The notes beneath the pieces were generated by a model, which was not told the origin of the DNA, made no database searches, and worked only from the letters and a program-made list of their open reading frames with translations. DNA of 64,000 nt, from assembly GCA_002269645.1 (NCBI GenBank), contig NIVC01000302.1, forward strand, positions 440,303-504,302, written 5' to 3'. The position numbers and the translations under genes were made by a program. Positions 47,215 through 60,334 of the stretch are shown piece after piece; position 1 is the stretch's first letter, and each line of letters begins with the position of its first letter. Origin of the DNA: Macrostomum lignano (lineage: Eukaryota).

Positions 47215-49700
47215 TTGTGAGGGAGAGGGTAGTGAGGGGGAGGGGTAGTGAGGGGGAGGGGTAGTGAGGGAGAGGGTAGTGAGGGAGAGGGTAGTGAGGG
47301 GGAGGGTAGTGAGGGGAGGGGTAGTGAGGGAGAGGGTAGTGAGGGAGAGGGTAGTGAGGGGGAGGGGTAGTGAGGGAGAGGGTAGTGAGGGAGAGGGTAG
47401 TGAGGGGGAGGGGTAGTGAGGGGAGGGGTAGTGAGGGAGAGGGTAGTGAGGGAGAGGGTAGTGAGGGGGAGGGGTAGTGAGGGGGAGGGGTAGTGAGGGG
47501 GAGGGGTAGTGAGGGAGAGGGTAGTGAGGGAGAGGGTAGTGAGGGGGAGGGGTAGTGAGGGGAGGGTAGTGAGGGGGAGGGGTAGTGAGGGAGAGGGTAG
47601 TGAGGGAGAGGGTAGTGAGGGGGAGGGGTAGTGAGGGGGAGGGGTAGTGAGGGAGAGGGTAGTGAGGGGGAGGGGTAGTGAGGGAGAGGTTGTGAGGGGG
47701 AGGGGTAGTGAGGGGGAGGGGTAGTGAGGGAGAGGTTGTGAGGGAGAGGGGTAGTGAGGGAGAGGTTGTGAGGGAGAGGGGTAGTGAGGAAGAGGGGTAG
47801 TGAGGGAGAGGGTTAGTGAGGGAGAGGGGTAGTGAGGGGAAGGGTAGTGAGGGAGAGGGGTAGTGAGGGAGAGGGTAGTGAGGGGGAGGGGTAGTGAGGG
47901 AGAGGTTGTGAGGGAGAGGGTAGTGAGGGGGAGGGGTAGTGAGGGAGAGGGTTAGTGAGGAAGAGGGGTAGTGAGGGAGAGGGTTAGTGAGAGAGAGGGG
48001 TAGTGAGGGGAAGGGGTAGTGAGGGAGAGGGGTAGTGAGGGAGAGGGGTAGTGAGGGAGAGGGGTAGTGAGGGAGAGGGGTAGTGAGGGAGAGGGGTAGT
48101 GAGGTAGAGGGGTAGTGAGGGAGAGGGGTAGTGAGGGGGAGGGGTAGTGAGGGAGAGGGGTAGTGAGGGGGAGGGGTAGTGAGGGGGAGGGGTAGTGAGG
48201 GAGAGGGGTAGTGAGGGAGAGGGTAGTGAGGGAGAGGGGTAGTGAGGGGGAGGGGTAGTGAGGGGGAGGGTAGTGAGGGAGAGGGGTAGTGAGGGAGAGG
48301 TTGTGAGGGAGAGGGGTAGTGAGGGAGAGGGTAGTGAGGGGAGGGTAGTGAGGGAGAGGGTTAGTGAGGAAGAGGGGTAGTGAGGGAGAGGGTTAGTGAG
48401 GGAGAGGGGTAGTGAGGGGAAGGGGTAGTGAGGGAGAGGGGTAGTGAGGGAGAGGGGTAGTGAGGGAGAGGGGTAGTGAGGGAGAGGGGTAGTGAGGGAG
48501 AGGGGTAGTGAGGGAGAGGGGTAGTGAGGGGAAGGGGTAGTGAGGGAGAGGGGTAGTGAGGGAGAGGGGTAGTGAGGGAGAGGGGTAGTGAGGGAGAGGG
48601 GTAGTGAGGTAGAGGGGTAGTGAGGAAGAGGGGTAGTGAGAGGGGTAGTGAGGGAGAGGGGTAATGAGGGAGAGGGGTAGTGAGGGGGAGGGGTAGTGAG
48701 GGGGAGGGGTATTGAAGGAGAGGGGTAGTGAGGGAAAGAGGTAGTGAGGGAGAGGGGTAGTGAGGGAGAGGGGTAGTGAGGGGGAGGGGTAGTGAGGGAG
48801 AGGGTAGTGAGGAAGAGGGGTAGTGAGGGAGAGGGGTAGTGAGGAAGAGGGGTAGTGAGGAAGAGGGGTAGTGAGGGGGAGGGGTAGTGAGGGGGAGGGG
48901 TAGTGAGGGGGAGGGGTATTGAAGGAGAGGGGTAGTGAGGGAAAGAGGTAGTGAGGGAGAGGGGTAGTGAGGGAGAGGGTAGTGAGGGGGAGGGGTAGTG
49001 AGGGAGAGGGGTAGTGAGGAAGAGGGGTAGTGAGAGAGAGGGGTAGTGAGGAAGAGGGGTAGTGAGGAAGAGGGGTAGTGAGAGAGAGGGGTAGTGAGGA
49101 AGAGGGGTAGTGAGGGGGAGGGGTAGTGAGGGAGAGGGGTAGTGAGGAAGAGGGGTAGTGAGGGAGAGGGGTAGTGAGGAAGAGGGGTAGTGAGAGAGAG
49201 GGGTAGTGAGGAAGAGGGGTAGTGATAGAGAGGGGTAGTGAGGAAGAGGGGTAGTGAGGGGGAGGGGTAGTGAGAGAGAGGGGTAGTGAGGGGAGGGGTA
49301 GTGAGGGAGAGGGGTAGTGAGGAAGAGGGGTAGTGAGGGAGAGGGGTAGTGAGGGGGGAGGGGTAGTGAGGGAGAGGGGTAGTGAGGGGGAGGGGTAGTG
49401 AGGGAGAGGGGTAGTGAGGAAGAGGGGTAGTGAGGGAGAGGGGTAGTGAGGAAGAGGGGTAGTGAGAGAGAGGGGTAGTGAGGAAGAGGGGTAGTGAGAG
49501 AGAGGGGTAGTGAGGAAGAGGGGTAGTGAGGGAGAGGGGTAGTGAGGGAGAGGGGTAGTGAGGGAGAGGGGTAGTGAGGAAGAGGGGTAGTGAGGGAGAG
49601 GGGTAGTGAGGAAGAGGGGTAGTGAGGGAGAGGGGTGGTGAGGAAGAGGGGTAGTGAGGGAGAGGGGTAGTGAGGGAGAGGGGTAGTGAGGGAGAGGGGT
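47215..49700. repeat. 2.5-kb G-rich 15-16-bp satellite, copy 2
   Basis: Same unit and the same rare variants (GTATTGAAGG, GGTAATGAGG) as copy 1. Confidence 0.97.
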
Positions 49701-50254
49701 AGCGATTGAGAGGTGGTGAGGGAATGGTGAAGAGAGGTAGCAGTGAGGCCAGGAACGGAGAGCACTGATGGAGAAAGGTATTGCAGAGACTGTGGATGCA
49801 GTACATGCCTGAAAGAGTGTGCCTGGCTGAAGCGCGCAGCGGAGGAGGCCCAGCTACTGATTGCCAAAGCAAAGCAACAAATTGCGGTCTCCAATACAGT
49901 TTTTCACAAGGAAAATCATCGCACAAAAACTCGGATATTATAAAATAGTTAACAAATTAAGATTGCAGACAGTAACACTTAGGGGGTGAAAAATTGAAAT
50001 GATTGTTCAATTTTAGGATCGGGCACAGCGGGGGGCTTCGGTGGCACACAGTTGGACATAAAGTGAAATAATCAAAAACACGCAGAGCTTTTTGAGTCAA
50101 AATTATAGAAGAACTAATTGTGCGCTAATGAATAGAGCAGTGGAATGAACGGCTCAATAAAGAATTCAGCGATTACAGAGACCTATAATTTGAGGCCAAT
50201 TATTTAACTGCGCTCCAACGAGCTGTGAATAATGAACGCACCTTAGTCTTGTCA

Positions 50255-50640
50255 TATGAGAAATTCCCCCCCAATGAGCCTTTTGGAATCTACACTAGGG
50301 AATTCCAATAAATCTCAACCTGAACATATAAGAAATCCCCCCTATGAATTGAAATCTACAGTAGGGAATTCCGACGAGTCTCAACCTAATCATATGAGAA
50401 ATCCCCCCAATGAGCCTTTTGTAATCTACAGTAGGGAATTCCGATGAGTCTCAGCCTAATGATATGAGAAATTCCCCCTATGAACTGGAATTTACAGTAA
50501 GGAATTCCGATGAGTCTCAGTCTAATGATATGAGAAATTCCCCCTATGAACTGGAATTTACAGTAGGGAATTCCGATGAGTCTAAGCCTAATCATACGAG
50601 AAATTCCCCCCCCCCCAATGAGCCTTTTGAAATCCACCTC
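50255..50640. repeat. ~66-bp tandem repeat just 3' of WDR17
   Basis: ATGAGAAATTCCCCC..GGAATTCCGATGAGTCTC units. Confidence 0.85.
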
Positions 50641-50698
50641 GTACAGACTGCTTCCCTTAGTCAAGGATTCCATCTATGGAGTTAATCCGCAGCCCTAA

Positions 50699-53600
50699 TT
50701 AGAAGGGATTAATCCTGGCGCCAGTCATGCTAGGCGAGAACGGGTTCACCTTGGCCCACATGTACGCATCGTTCAGCCCGATGGTGAACCGGCCGTCCTC
50801 CAGGTAAAACACCGGCCCCCTGATTCGCTTTTCCATGAAGAAGCAGTTGTCGAAGTCAGAGTGGTACGGCAGGGCGCTGCCGGCGGCCACATCTTCGCCG
50901 ACCTCCAGGCCGGTGTCCCCAGCGCACTTGCGCACCAGCCCGCGCCACACCGGCCGCATCTCCTCCGGCAGGTGGCGCTCGTCGGCGCTGCCGCCCGAGC
51001 GCCTCATCAGCTTCCAGGCGTGCAGCTCCCTGTCCAGCAGCGACCCGGTCAGCGCCCGGCCCAGCCCGGCCATGGCGTCTTTGTGCCGCTCGAAGTGAAG
51101 CCGGGCGTGCCGAAACAGCGGCGCCACCACGGAGTGGTAGCCCTGCCTGATGGCCTTCAACGCGCCCAGGTAGGTGGCCAGGAACAGCAGCTCGTTCTTC
51201 TCCTGCACGGCGGAGGCCTGCTGCAGCTTGCCGGTGCGAGCGCAGCTCATCAGCTCCACGAGCGCCTCCACGCAGTTCAACGTCCACGGCGAGTCGCGAT
51301 CGTTAAGAATGTCGCGCACCGCGGCCAGACCGAACTCCAGGCCAGCCAGCGGGTTGGGCGACAGCAGATAGTGGCCGACAATGTCCAGCTGGAGGCGCAG
51401 CCGAGACTCCGGCGTGCCAGAAGCGCCAGTCGGAGCGTCGGCCCGCAGCCGCTCGGCGATCTCCAGGCAGGCGTCCAGGCCGGGCAGGCCCAGCACGCGG
51501 TGTACAGCGTCAATGTCGCCAGCCGAGCCCGAGAAGCGGCAGGCGAACGCCACCAGGAGGTCCTGGCGCCGGCTGTGCAGCTCCGCCAGCTTGGCCAGCA
51601 GCTCCGCCCGGCGCTTGGCGTCCAGGCCGGGCAGCCTGTCGAGCCGCCAGCCGCTCCACTCGGCGGCGAAGTTGCGCAGCCGCTGGTCGCAGGACTCGAC
51701 TCGCGTCGCCAGCCAGAGCGCCAAGTCGAGCTCGTTGCCGCGCAGCAGCTTGCCGACGGCCGATCCAACGTCGCCGATGGCCAAGTGGCAACAGGCGGCG
51801 TCCACCGGGGCGCCGCGCTGAAACAGACTGTCGGCCAGGCTGCCCCAGGCCGTGCGCAGCCGATCTGGGCTGCTGACGCCGGGCCTGCGGTATTCCCGGG
51901 ATTCGTCCGGATCGTCCGGCCCGGCGAACAGGCCCTCGTGCGCAGCCTGCGCCACCATCAGCGCGTCCGAATATTTCCCGCGCCGGGAGAGCAACTGGGC
52001 GGCGGAGTCGGCCGCCCCGGTGGCCACGGAGAAAGCAACTAGGTCGTCGAGTTCCAGGCTTCGCTGGCTGGCCATGTACCGGTGGCACAGCTCGCGCCAG
52101 AAGGCCTGAGAGACGCCCGGCGCCAGGGCCAGGGCGCGCTCCCACCGGCCCAGCTGGGCCTGCAGCTCGCAGTAGCGGCGCAGGTTGCCGCAGCGCAGAT
52201 GGGCCGCGGCAGCGTCCCGCAGCTGTCGGTGCCGCGAAGTCGGCCGTCCGGCCGTCGCCACCGATGCCGACGAGGACAAGGAATTGGAGGCGGCCAGTTC
52301 GAGCTGCTGGGCCCTGGCGGCCTGGAACTTCAGCAGGTCCTTGGCGGCCACGTAGCTGCCGGGCCGGCCGTAGGAGTCGCCAAGCGCGGCTGTCGGCGTG
52401 CCGGCGAGCGCCCGCTGCAGGTCATGCAGGTTGCCGGCAGCCGGGCTGGCGTGCAGCAGCAGAACCAGCTGGTCGCCGCCGCAGCTGCTGGTGCTGCCGA
52501 CCACGCTGCCAGCATCGCGGAGAAGCCGGCGCGACTGGCTGCCGGACAGAGCCGGCTGGCCCGGCTGCTGCCTGAGCGCGGCTTCGGCCGGCAGGATGAA
52601 GGAGTCGGCCATGCCGCGGAACAGCAGGCAGGCGGGCAGGGGGCCGGCCAGCTCGGCAAGCGACCACAGCCGCAGCGTGGAGTCGCGCGAGCACGAGGCC
52701 AGCAGCATGGGGCGGCGCGGGTGCAGCGCCAGGCCGTAGACGTCGGAGCGGTGGTCGGTGACGGCCGCCAGACAGGAGCCGTCGCGGATGTCCCAGCAGT
52801 GGATGTGGCAGTCCCAGCTGCCGGACACGAGCATGTAGGCCAACTCGGGGTGCCAGACAAGGCCGCGCACTGGCCCGGTGTGGCCTTTGAGGTGGGCGAC
52901 GCTCTTCTCGGCGGTGCAGTCCCAGACTCGAATCGTGCCGTCGTCCGAGCCGCTGCACAGGTAGCTCTCGCGCAGCGGCGACCAGCGCACGCCGAACACC
53001 TTGCTGGCGTGGCCGGTGAAAACTCGGTTGGGCCGGTCGCCGCCGGCGCTGGCCAGATAGAAGATCCGAACAGCTTTGTCCTCGCAGGCTGTGGCCAGAA
53101 TGTCGCGCGAGTGCTGGTGCCAGGCGACGCCGTAGACAGCGGCCGGGTGGCTCAACCGGCGGGCAAGTCGGCCGCAGTCGTCTCGCACAACGCAGGTGCA
53201 GTCGGCCGAGGCCGAGGCGAGATGGTGCGGCGCCTTGGCGCTCCAGCTGACGCAGTAGACCGCCTGCTGGCCGTGCTCGGTAAAGCGGCTGTCGATGCAG
53301 CCAGTGGCGACGTCGAGGACGAAGATGCCGTTCTTGGCGGTGGCTCCGGCTACGCGCGCGCCGTCCGGGCTCCAGGCGATGCTGTAGACGATGCCCTCGT
53401 TGTCCGGCGAGCTCTGCACCGGGCTGAAGCCGGCGCCGCTGATCCGCCAGAGCTTCACGGTGCCGTCGAAGCTGCCGGTGGCCAGCAGGCTCTCGTCCCG
53501 CGGGCTGAACTCGCAGTCGAAGACGGTCTCGACGTGGCCCATTTCGCGCAGGAAGTGCCAGTCCCGACGCTGAACGTCGTACAGCCCGACTCCGCCGTCC

Positions 53601-54739
53601 AGAAAGGCGCACAGCAGCAGGCAGTCGGGCAGGCAGTAGCCCCCGACGGTTGTCGCAGTCGCCGATGAAGAAGCCGTCGAAGCCGCCGTCGAGTCGCAGC
53701 CGGCGTCCCCGACAGTTGGCGGCTCTAACGGCGCGGCGGAGCACCCCGTCGAGGCCAGCACGCGCAGATTGCGGAAGCCGGACTTTTTCACGCGGATGTT
53801 ATCGATCGGGGTGGCCCGGGACACGCTGTAGAGCCGCAGCACGCCTGTGGCGGAGTCGCCGGCAACGAACAGGCCGGGAGCGCTAGGCAGCCAGGCCAGG
53901 CTGTGCGCCGGAGAAGCAGCCGAGGGCAGCTGGAACACCACGCTGGTCGTCTGCGCGTCCACATCAACCAGTCGCAGGCCGTTGCAGCGCGAGTCCACCA
54001 GAAGGAAATTCGGCGACAGAGCGTCCCATTCAAGGCCAAGCACGGTGTCCTCGGCGTCTTCTTCGTCCTCGGCGAGGTCGTCCTCGGCCTCGAGGAAGCT
54101 GACTCGACGCAGAGCTTTCTTGCCGGGCCGGACAACGCTCAGCGTGCCGTCCTCGTGGCCCAGGGCGATGCGTCCAGCAGCTTCGCTAGAGTTGGCAGCT
54201 CCGGCCGGGTGCCAGCGGTAGATTGTCACCTGACTGGCCAGGGCCTGCGTCTCCTTGTGCACTGCCGGCGTCTGCGAGGCCGACCCGGCGGCGCCGCTGT
54301 AGTTCCACAGCATCAGCGGGCCGGCGCCGTCAAGGAAGCCGACGGTGCCGTGGCTGTGCGGCAGGAAGGAGGCGCATCGCGGCTGCATCGGCTCCGGCAG
54401 GGCCAGGCGAACCAGCGGCGCCTGCTTGCGGACGTTCCACACCAGCAGCAGCGGATCCAGGCTCGCCGACACGAACAGATCGCCGTCGGCTGGGTGCCAG
54501 GACAGCGAGGTGACGGTCTTCTTGTGCTGCGCCATGACGCTGACCAGCTGGTAGGGCCCGCCGCCGCCCGGCTTGGCCTGCTCGTAGACATAGACGGCCA
54601 GGGTGGCTGCGAAGGCGAACCTACTGGCGTCCGGCGAGCAGGCCAGCGTGTCGGAGCTCCAGGGCTGGCAGCCGGCCTCCAGCAGCGCCAGCTGACGCAC
54701 CTGACACGGCATTGTGTAGGGAAACACTGTGCTCATCAT
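50699..54739 (-). CDS. WDR17: WD repeat-containing protein 17, single-exon ORF of 1346 aa
   Basis: N-terminus QVRQLALLEAGCQPW..RFAFAATLAVYVY..QHKKTVTSLSW and C-terminus YMWAKVNPFSPSMTGARINPF match recalled WDR17. Multiple GH..W-D repeats. The true start may be the ATG at 54712 (MPCQVRQ). Confidence 0.93.
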   Translation of the reverse strand: MMSTVFPYTMPCQVRQLALLEAGCQPWSSDTLACSPDASRFAFAATLAVYVYEQAKPGGGGPYQLVSVMAQHKKTVTSLSWHPADGDLFVSASLDPLLLVWNVRKQAPLVRLALPEPMQPRCASFLPHSHGTVGFLDGAGPLMLWNYSGAAGSASQTPAVHKETQALASQVTIYRWHPAGAANSSEAAGRIALGHEDGTLSVVRPGKKALRRVSFLEAEDDLAEDEEDAEDTVLGLEWDALSPNFLLVDSRCNGLRLVDVDAQTTSVVFQLPSAASPAHSLAWLPSAPGLFVAGDSATGVLRLYSVSRATPIDNIRVKKSGFRNLRVLASTGCSAAPLEPPTVGDAGCDSTAASTASSSATATTVGGYCLPDCLLLCAFLDGGVGLYDVQRRDWHFLREMGHVETVFDCEFSPRDESLLATGSFDGTVKLWRISGAGFSPVQSSPDNEGIVYSIAWSPDGARVAGATAKNGIFVLDVATGCIDSRFTEHGQQAVYCVSWSAKAPHHLASASADCTCVVRDDCGRLARRLSHPAAVYGVAWHQHSRDILATACEDKAVRIFYLASAGGDRPNRVFTGHASKVFGVRWSPLRESYLCSGSDDGTIRVWDCTAEKSVAHLKGHTGPVRGLVWHPELAYMLVSGSWDCHIHCWDIRDGSCLAAVTDHRSDVYGLALHPRRPMLLASCSRDSTLRLWSLAELAGPLPACLLFRGMADSFILPAEAALRQQPGQPALSGSQSRRLLRDAGSVVGSTSSCGGDQLVLLLHASPAAGNLHDLQRALAGTPTAALGDSYGRPGSYVAAKDLLKFQAARAQQLELAASNSLSSSASVATAGRPTSRHRQLRDAAAAHLRCGNLRRYCELQAQLGRWERALALAPGVSQAFWRELCHRYMASQRSLELDDLVAFSVATGAADSAAQLLSRRGKYSDALMVAQAAHEGLFAGPDDPDESREYRRPGVSSPDRLRTAWGSLADSLFQRGAPVDAACCHLAIGDVGSAVGKLLRGNELDLALWLATRVESCDQRLRNFAAEWSGWRLDRLPGLDAKRRAELLAKLAELHSRRQDLLVAFACRFSGSAGDIDAVHRVLGLPGLDACLEIAERLRADAPTGASGTPESRLRLQLDIVGHYLLSPNPLAGLEFGLAAVRDILNDRDSPWTLNCVEALVELMSCARTGKLQQASAVQEKNELLFLATYLGALKAIRQGYHSVVAPLFRHARLHFERHKDAMAGLGRALTGSLLDRELHAWKLMRRSGGSADERHLPEEMRPVWRGLVRKCAGDTGLEVGEDVAAGSALPYHSDFDNCFFMEKRIRGPVFYLEDGRFTIGLNDAYMWAKVNPFSPSMTGARINPF

Positions 54740-55549
54740 GATGACTGCTCCTGCTCCTGCTGCCCGTGGGTCCTTTGAGTCTTTTGAGCTGATGAAGCGA
54801 GGTTAATAACAAAAAATCGGGGAGCAAGGACACAGAGGCGGCAGCTGCTGACAGACTGACAGGAATTGCAAAAAAAACTATACAGTGGGAAGAAGTGAGC
54901 GAAATGTTGCTTTAGTCCTCAGATGCGCCACCCCTTAGCCATGCCGAGTTCGCGCCCTCCTCCCTCCCTTATCCCCCTTCCTCCCGCTCTCCCCTCCCCC
55001 CTGTGTGTTTGCCGGGGTGAAGGGGACGCATTTTTGCATTGGCTGGAAGCTGCAGCAGCAAATACCGCCTCGAGTTCAGCATATCCTCAGCCTCTCTCTC
55101 TCTGCTCACCGCCCATTCAGTAATAAGCTGCTGGTGGCTCTACAGTCACACTTCTCATCCGCTGCTGTTGCTGCTAGGCCCCTCAGTGGGGAGGGTGGCA
55201 CCCAATGGTGGGCTAAGGGTAGGCAGGGACGGAGAAGAAATGAAACGAAAGACAATAGAAAAGCAAGGCGGTCTTTAAGTGGGCGAGGAATGCAGCAAGA
55301 GATGATGAGGGAGGAAGAAGAAGATGTCTCTTTGACAAGAAGACAAGAACAGGTACAAGATGAAGGATATAGATTTGCTAATCTGTTGCCAGACCAGGCC
55401 GTCTTCTAGAGGAGACCCGCGTTCTCCCCCTCCACCTGGCTTCTTGTTTTCTTCCCGTCCCGGATTTTTTCTGCTTCTGGAAGCGGAGGGAACGGCTGCA
55501 GGGGGTTACAATAGTGCAAGCGAGTGTAAACAGGGTAGAGGGCAAACAC

Positions 55550-55563
55550 TGGGCCATGGCAAC
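55550..55563. promoter_or_regulatory. Candidate RFX X-box upstream of WDR17
   Basis: TGGGCCATGGCAAC, 11/14 match to GTTGCCATGGCAAC, about 0.8 kb upstream of the ATG. Confidence 0.3.
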
Positions 55564-56061
55564 TCAGCCAGGTGGTCTCGCACTCTCCCCTTTCCCTCTG
55601 GGTATCGTTTGCTTTTCCCTCTCTTTTCCTGTGCCTCCGTTTCCCTACAACTCTCCGGAACTCGAAGCCGGTGACTCGGCGGCTGTCTAATCCGTCTAAA
55701 TTTCTCGTTTCATGGATCTCTACATCATCTAATCTTTGTTACTTGGATACTTTTGAAGGGCTCAAGCAGTTACTGAAAAAACTGAGAGAGGGGGAGACGG
55801 AAGAGTAGTCCTCAAACCCCGAAGCACTGAGGCCGTAACGCAGATGTATAAGCAAAGTGACGATATTTCGAATATTCTATGCTCTTCCTCAGGACTGACA
55901 CTGACGCGAATACTCGTATTTTTAAGCCAGGTGTTCTCCGATGTAAAGGCAAGAAACTGAGAGTTCGATGGGTGAGTGGAGAGTGCGCAAATGTAAATTA
56001 AAAACGTGCGCAGACACTGTGCACATCAGAATTAGTCGGAGACTCTGAAGAGCCTAATGAG

Positions 56062-56770
56062 TGAGGGGAGAGGAGGAGAGAGGGGAGAGAGGAGGGGAGA
56101 GAGGAGTGGACAGAGGAGGGGAGAGAGGAAGGAACAAAGGAGGGGAGAGAGGAGGGGAGAGAGGGAACAGAGGAGGGGAGAGAGGGAACAGAGGAGGGGA
56201 GAGAGGGAACAGAGGAGGGGAGAGAGGCAACAGAGGAGGGGAGAGAGGCAACAGAGGAGGGGAGGGAGGGAACAGAGGAGGGGAGAGAGGCAACAGAGGA
56301 GGGGAGGGAGGGAACAGAGGAGGGGAGAGAGGCAACAGAGGAGGGGAGAGAGGAGGCGAGAGAGGAGGCGAGAGAAGAGGCGAGAGAGGAGGGAAGAATG
56401 GAGGAGAGCGAGAGAGGAGGGAGAGACGAGGGGAGAGACGAGGGAAAGAGGAGGGGAGAGAGGAGGGGAGAGAGGGAACAGAGGAGGAGAGAGAGGGAGA
56501 GAGGAGGGGAGAGAGGCAACAGAGGAGGGGAGAGAGGGAACAGAGGAGGGGAGAGAGGCAACAGAGGAGGGGAGAGAGAAGGAGAGAGAGGCGAGAGAGG
56601 AGAGGGGAGAGGGAAGTAGGCGAAGGGAAAGAGAGAGGAGGGGAGAGAGAAGCGAGGGGAGGGGGGTGAGAGAGGAGAGGAGTTAAAAAGAAAAGAGAAG
56701 AGTCACAAACCCGGAGCGGGCCGGATCGCTATTGTGAAGTTTCAAAGGACCCGAGGGCCGGCACACCCCA
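56062..56770 (-). mobile_element. Third, inverted partial copy of the CT-tract MITE family
   Basis: The reverse complement of 56701-56760 matches CGGGTCCTTTGAAACTTCACAATAGCAATCCGGCCCGCTC at ~37345-37385. The adjoining GA-rich tract spans 56062-56690. Confidence 0.6.
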
Positions 56771-58055
56771 GATTTACAAGCTCAAAATTCGCCAGTCGCT
56801 TCTTCTAGCTCGAAAACTTTCCATTGTAGAGCTTGTGAAGCTTCGCTCCAACGAAAGTAACAAGCAGGACTTCTCGACGATGCCCCTAACCTGGCAAGAG
56901 TTCACTAAATGAGTGAACTCTTTTTTTTGGTCTGCTGGTTACCAAAGATCCGGAACTCGGTTTTCAGGGCGGTGTGGCCGCATTTAATTCTGGGGTGGTA
57001 GCTTCTTCTGCAGTCCTCGTGAGCCCTTTTGTGCAAAACTGCGCGAGGCCTCAGGAGAGCCTAATTCTAATCCTAATCCTAATCCTAATTCTAATCGATA
57101 CGGCACAGTTATTGTCCATTTCTTCACTTTTATTCTGCAGCAAACAAGCAAACCAGAAATAAATTTATTGGTGAAGGCGAGGGTTAAAAAATAGTAATAT
57201 TTCAACGTGTCTAACATTGACCACTATATACTCGTAGTTGAGAAGAGTCGAGCTTATTAGCTGGCGACTTATAAAAATCGATAATTTTCAATCAAGAATT
57301 ATAAAGGCACTGCAACAACCTCCCCTCCTCGCATCCCTTTCTCCCCCTTTCTCTGTAAGTTTTCTTTCGTTTCTCCTCTTTAAAATGGACCAGAATTTCT
57401 AGCCATCAGCTCTTCCACCCTTCCTCGGCTAACCGCGGCCCTGAAAGTCAAGCGAATCTGCTGAAGTGTTGCAAATGAAAGTAGAAATAGTGAAAGTGCA
57501 CTATTCCTATTCAGTATGTATTATATTATACAATAAGTTGGAGCCGCGCCCGACCCAAATGTCGACTCAATCAAGCGTGGAAGAATTAGAAACAGTTATA
57601 GACGAGAGCCTCACCTCAACTTGGTGGGGTGCGCCTTCGGCTTTTGCTATGCTACCCCTTCTTTCGCCACACCACGGTACTCTTACCTCTCTGCCGACTG
57701 TCCCCTGGGGCCAACGAGCTTCGATCTTTGCTGGCTGGTAGATCATTCTGCTTCTGGCGGGGGGGGGGGGTCGTAGCGCTCGTCCTACTCTACTATGCTC
57801 TGCTTTCAGGGCATTCGATTTCCCCGTCAAAGTCGCTGCTCCCTCCCTTCCCAACAGCGGGAAAAGAATCAGTGCAGCCTGCGCCGATTGAAATGCCGGC
57901 AGCGCCACCCAATTTCCGTTCAGTTTTGACAAGTAAAAGCGGTGCGAATCGTGCAACACTGTTGGAGAATCGACCCGGATATCGAGGAGAACATCCGGCA
58001 GGCAACCGGGATTCTCAGAGGCCTGTCGTGCGATTCAACAGCTATGAGGGCCAAC

Positions 58056-58200
58056 CCCCAAGGCACAGAGAGTGCACACACATTCCTTACAATTAGAAAG
58101 TACATTATTGGCGCGCTTGTATGCGCTCCCCAAGGCACAGAGACTGCACACACATTCCTGACAATTAGAAAGTACATTATTGGCGCGCTTGTATGCGCTC
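58056..58200. repeat. 72-bp tandem duplication
   Basis: Two copies of CCCAAGGCACAGAGA(G/C)TGCACACACATTCC..GTATGCGCTC. Confidence 0.9.
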
Positions 58201-58821
58201 AAAAGTCAGCGGAATTGGCAGAATTGCCTTTAGCACTTGGTCGCTGGTAATCGGCCGGGATGTCTTTTTTTGTCGAGATGACGCCTTCGCGAGTAGAGCT
58301 CTGGGCCGACTGGCAGGCAAATTTCTTCCCGATCGATGTCAAGCGTTGCTGGGGGCGCAATGAAGGACGAGTCGGGGAAGAGGCAGATCAGAAGCTTGGG
58401 CCTGTGGAAGGGAGACCGTGGCTCTAGGGGGATGAGTTTCGAGCAGGGCATAGTTTGTTAAGAGAGCTGGAGGCTGGAGACACAACAGAGGCAGTTGGCA
58501 CTATAGCCAGATAAACTTTTGTACGCGACGAAACATTTGCAGAAGATGTACGAAAGGACAGCGACTGAGGGAGAATGAGAACGAAATTAAATGATGAAGC
58601 GCTGCATATAGGGGAGCGGAATATTGAGATCTGAGAGGCTGACTACAAGCTAGATGAAAGGAATTCCCCCTAGCTAGCCGCTCCCCCGTATCATGCCAAA
58701 TATAAGGAAGGAGTGAAAAAGCAGTAGGGGACAAAATTTCCATTAAAAAGCTTTTAATGGCTTTTCTAACTTCATTCAAAATTACCATGGATGGCTATTT
58801 GTTATCTAATACTCAAGGTAT

Positions 58822-59175
58822 CTATTGCAGATCGATGGGGGTATTTATTGCTTATCCATTGCAGATCGGGGGGTATTTAATGCTTATCTATTGCAGATCG
58901 GGGGGTATTTAATGCTTATCTATTGCAGATCGTGGGTTATTTAATGCTTATCTATTGCAGATCGGGGGGTATTTAATGCTTATCTATTGCAGATCGTGGG
59001 TTATTTAATGCTTATCTATTGCAGATCGATGGGGGTATTTATTGCTTATCTCTTGCATATCGATGGGGGTATTTATTGCTTATCTCTTGCAGATCGATGG
59101 GGGTATTTATTGCTTATCTCTTGCATATCGATGGGGTATTTATTGCTCATCTCTTGCAGATCGATGGGGTATTTA
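58822..59175. repeat. ~33-35-bp minisatellite (TATTGCAGATCGATGGGGGTATTTATTGCTTATC)n
   Basis: Read directly. Confidence 0.85.
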
Positions 59176-59575
59176 TTGGACTTTTGTTGCAAGAAACTCA
59201 ACCTTAAATTTGCTGTCTGATGAGTACTACTAATAGTAGTTCGCAGTTGGAGTTGGATTCTTATCGACAATTGATGTCAGAAATTTTTTATCGGAAAGGC
59301 AAAGGGCAGAACGGATTAAGTCGCTTTATTTGCACGGGTGCTGTTTGCAGTTGGGCGAGGCCGGGTTGCTGACTGCATGGTTTTGTGTGAGTTGCGCAAA
59401 TTCGAATGGCGCATTGTTCTCAAGCCCAAAGCTCTGTTCAAATAGTTGCTACGGTGCAGCGATGTGACAAGCGGACAGATTTGGCCCCCGGGGTCTACAG
59501 CGAGGAATGCCTAAATTTTAGGCGTTCTCTTTCGGACTAACTGGGCTCCTATATGACAATAGTAACTAATGTTGC

Positions 59576-60334
<759 letters not shown>

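Noticed and set aside
47984-49926. Long ORFs (636 and 521 aa, PSLPLSLTTPLPHY repeats) and the similar ORF at 42054-42554
   Set aside because: Stop-free readings of the G-rich satellite; no coding signal
50835-54778. Many overlapping ORFs (up to 528 aa) on the + strand and in alternate frames over WDR17
   Set aside because: Shadow ORFs caused by very high GC at third codon positions; no recognisable domains
57600-58820. Possible degraded LINE fragments (e.g. NIRQATGILRGL; RSQYSAPLY)
   Set aside because: Resemblance to RT C-terminal motifs is too weak and appears on both strands; needs tBLASTn to decide
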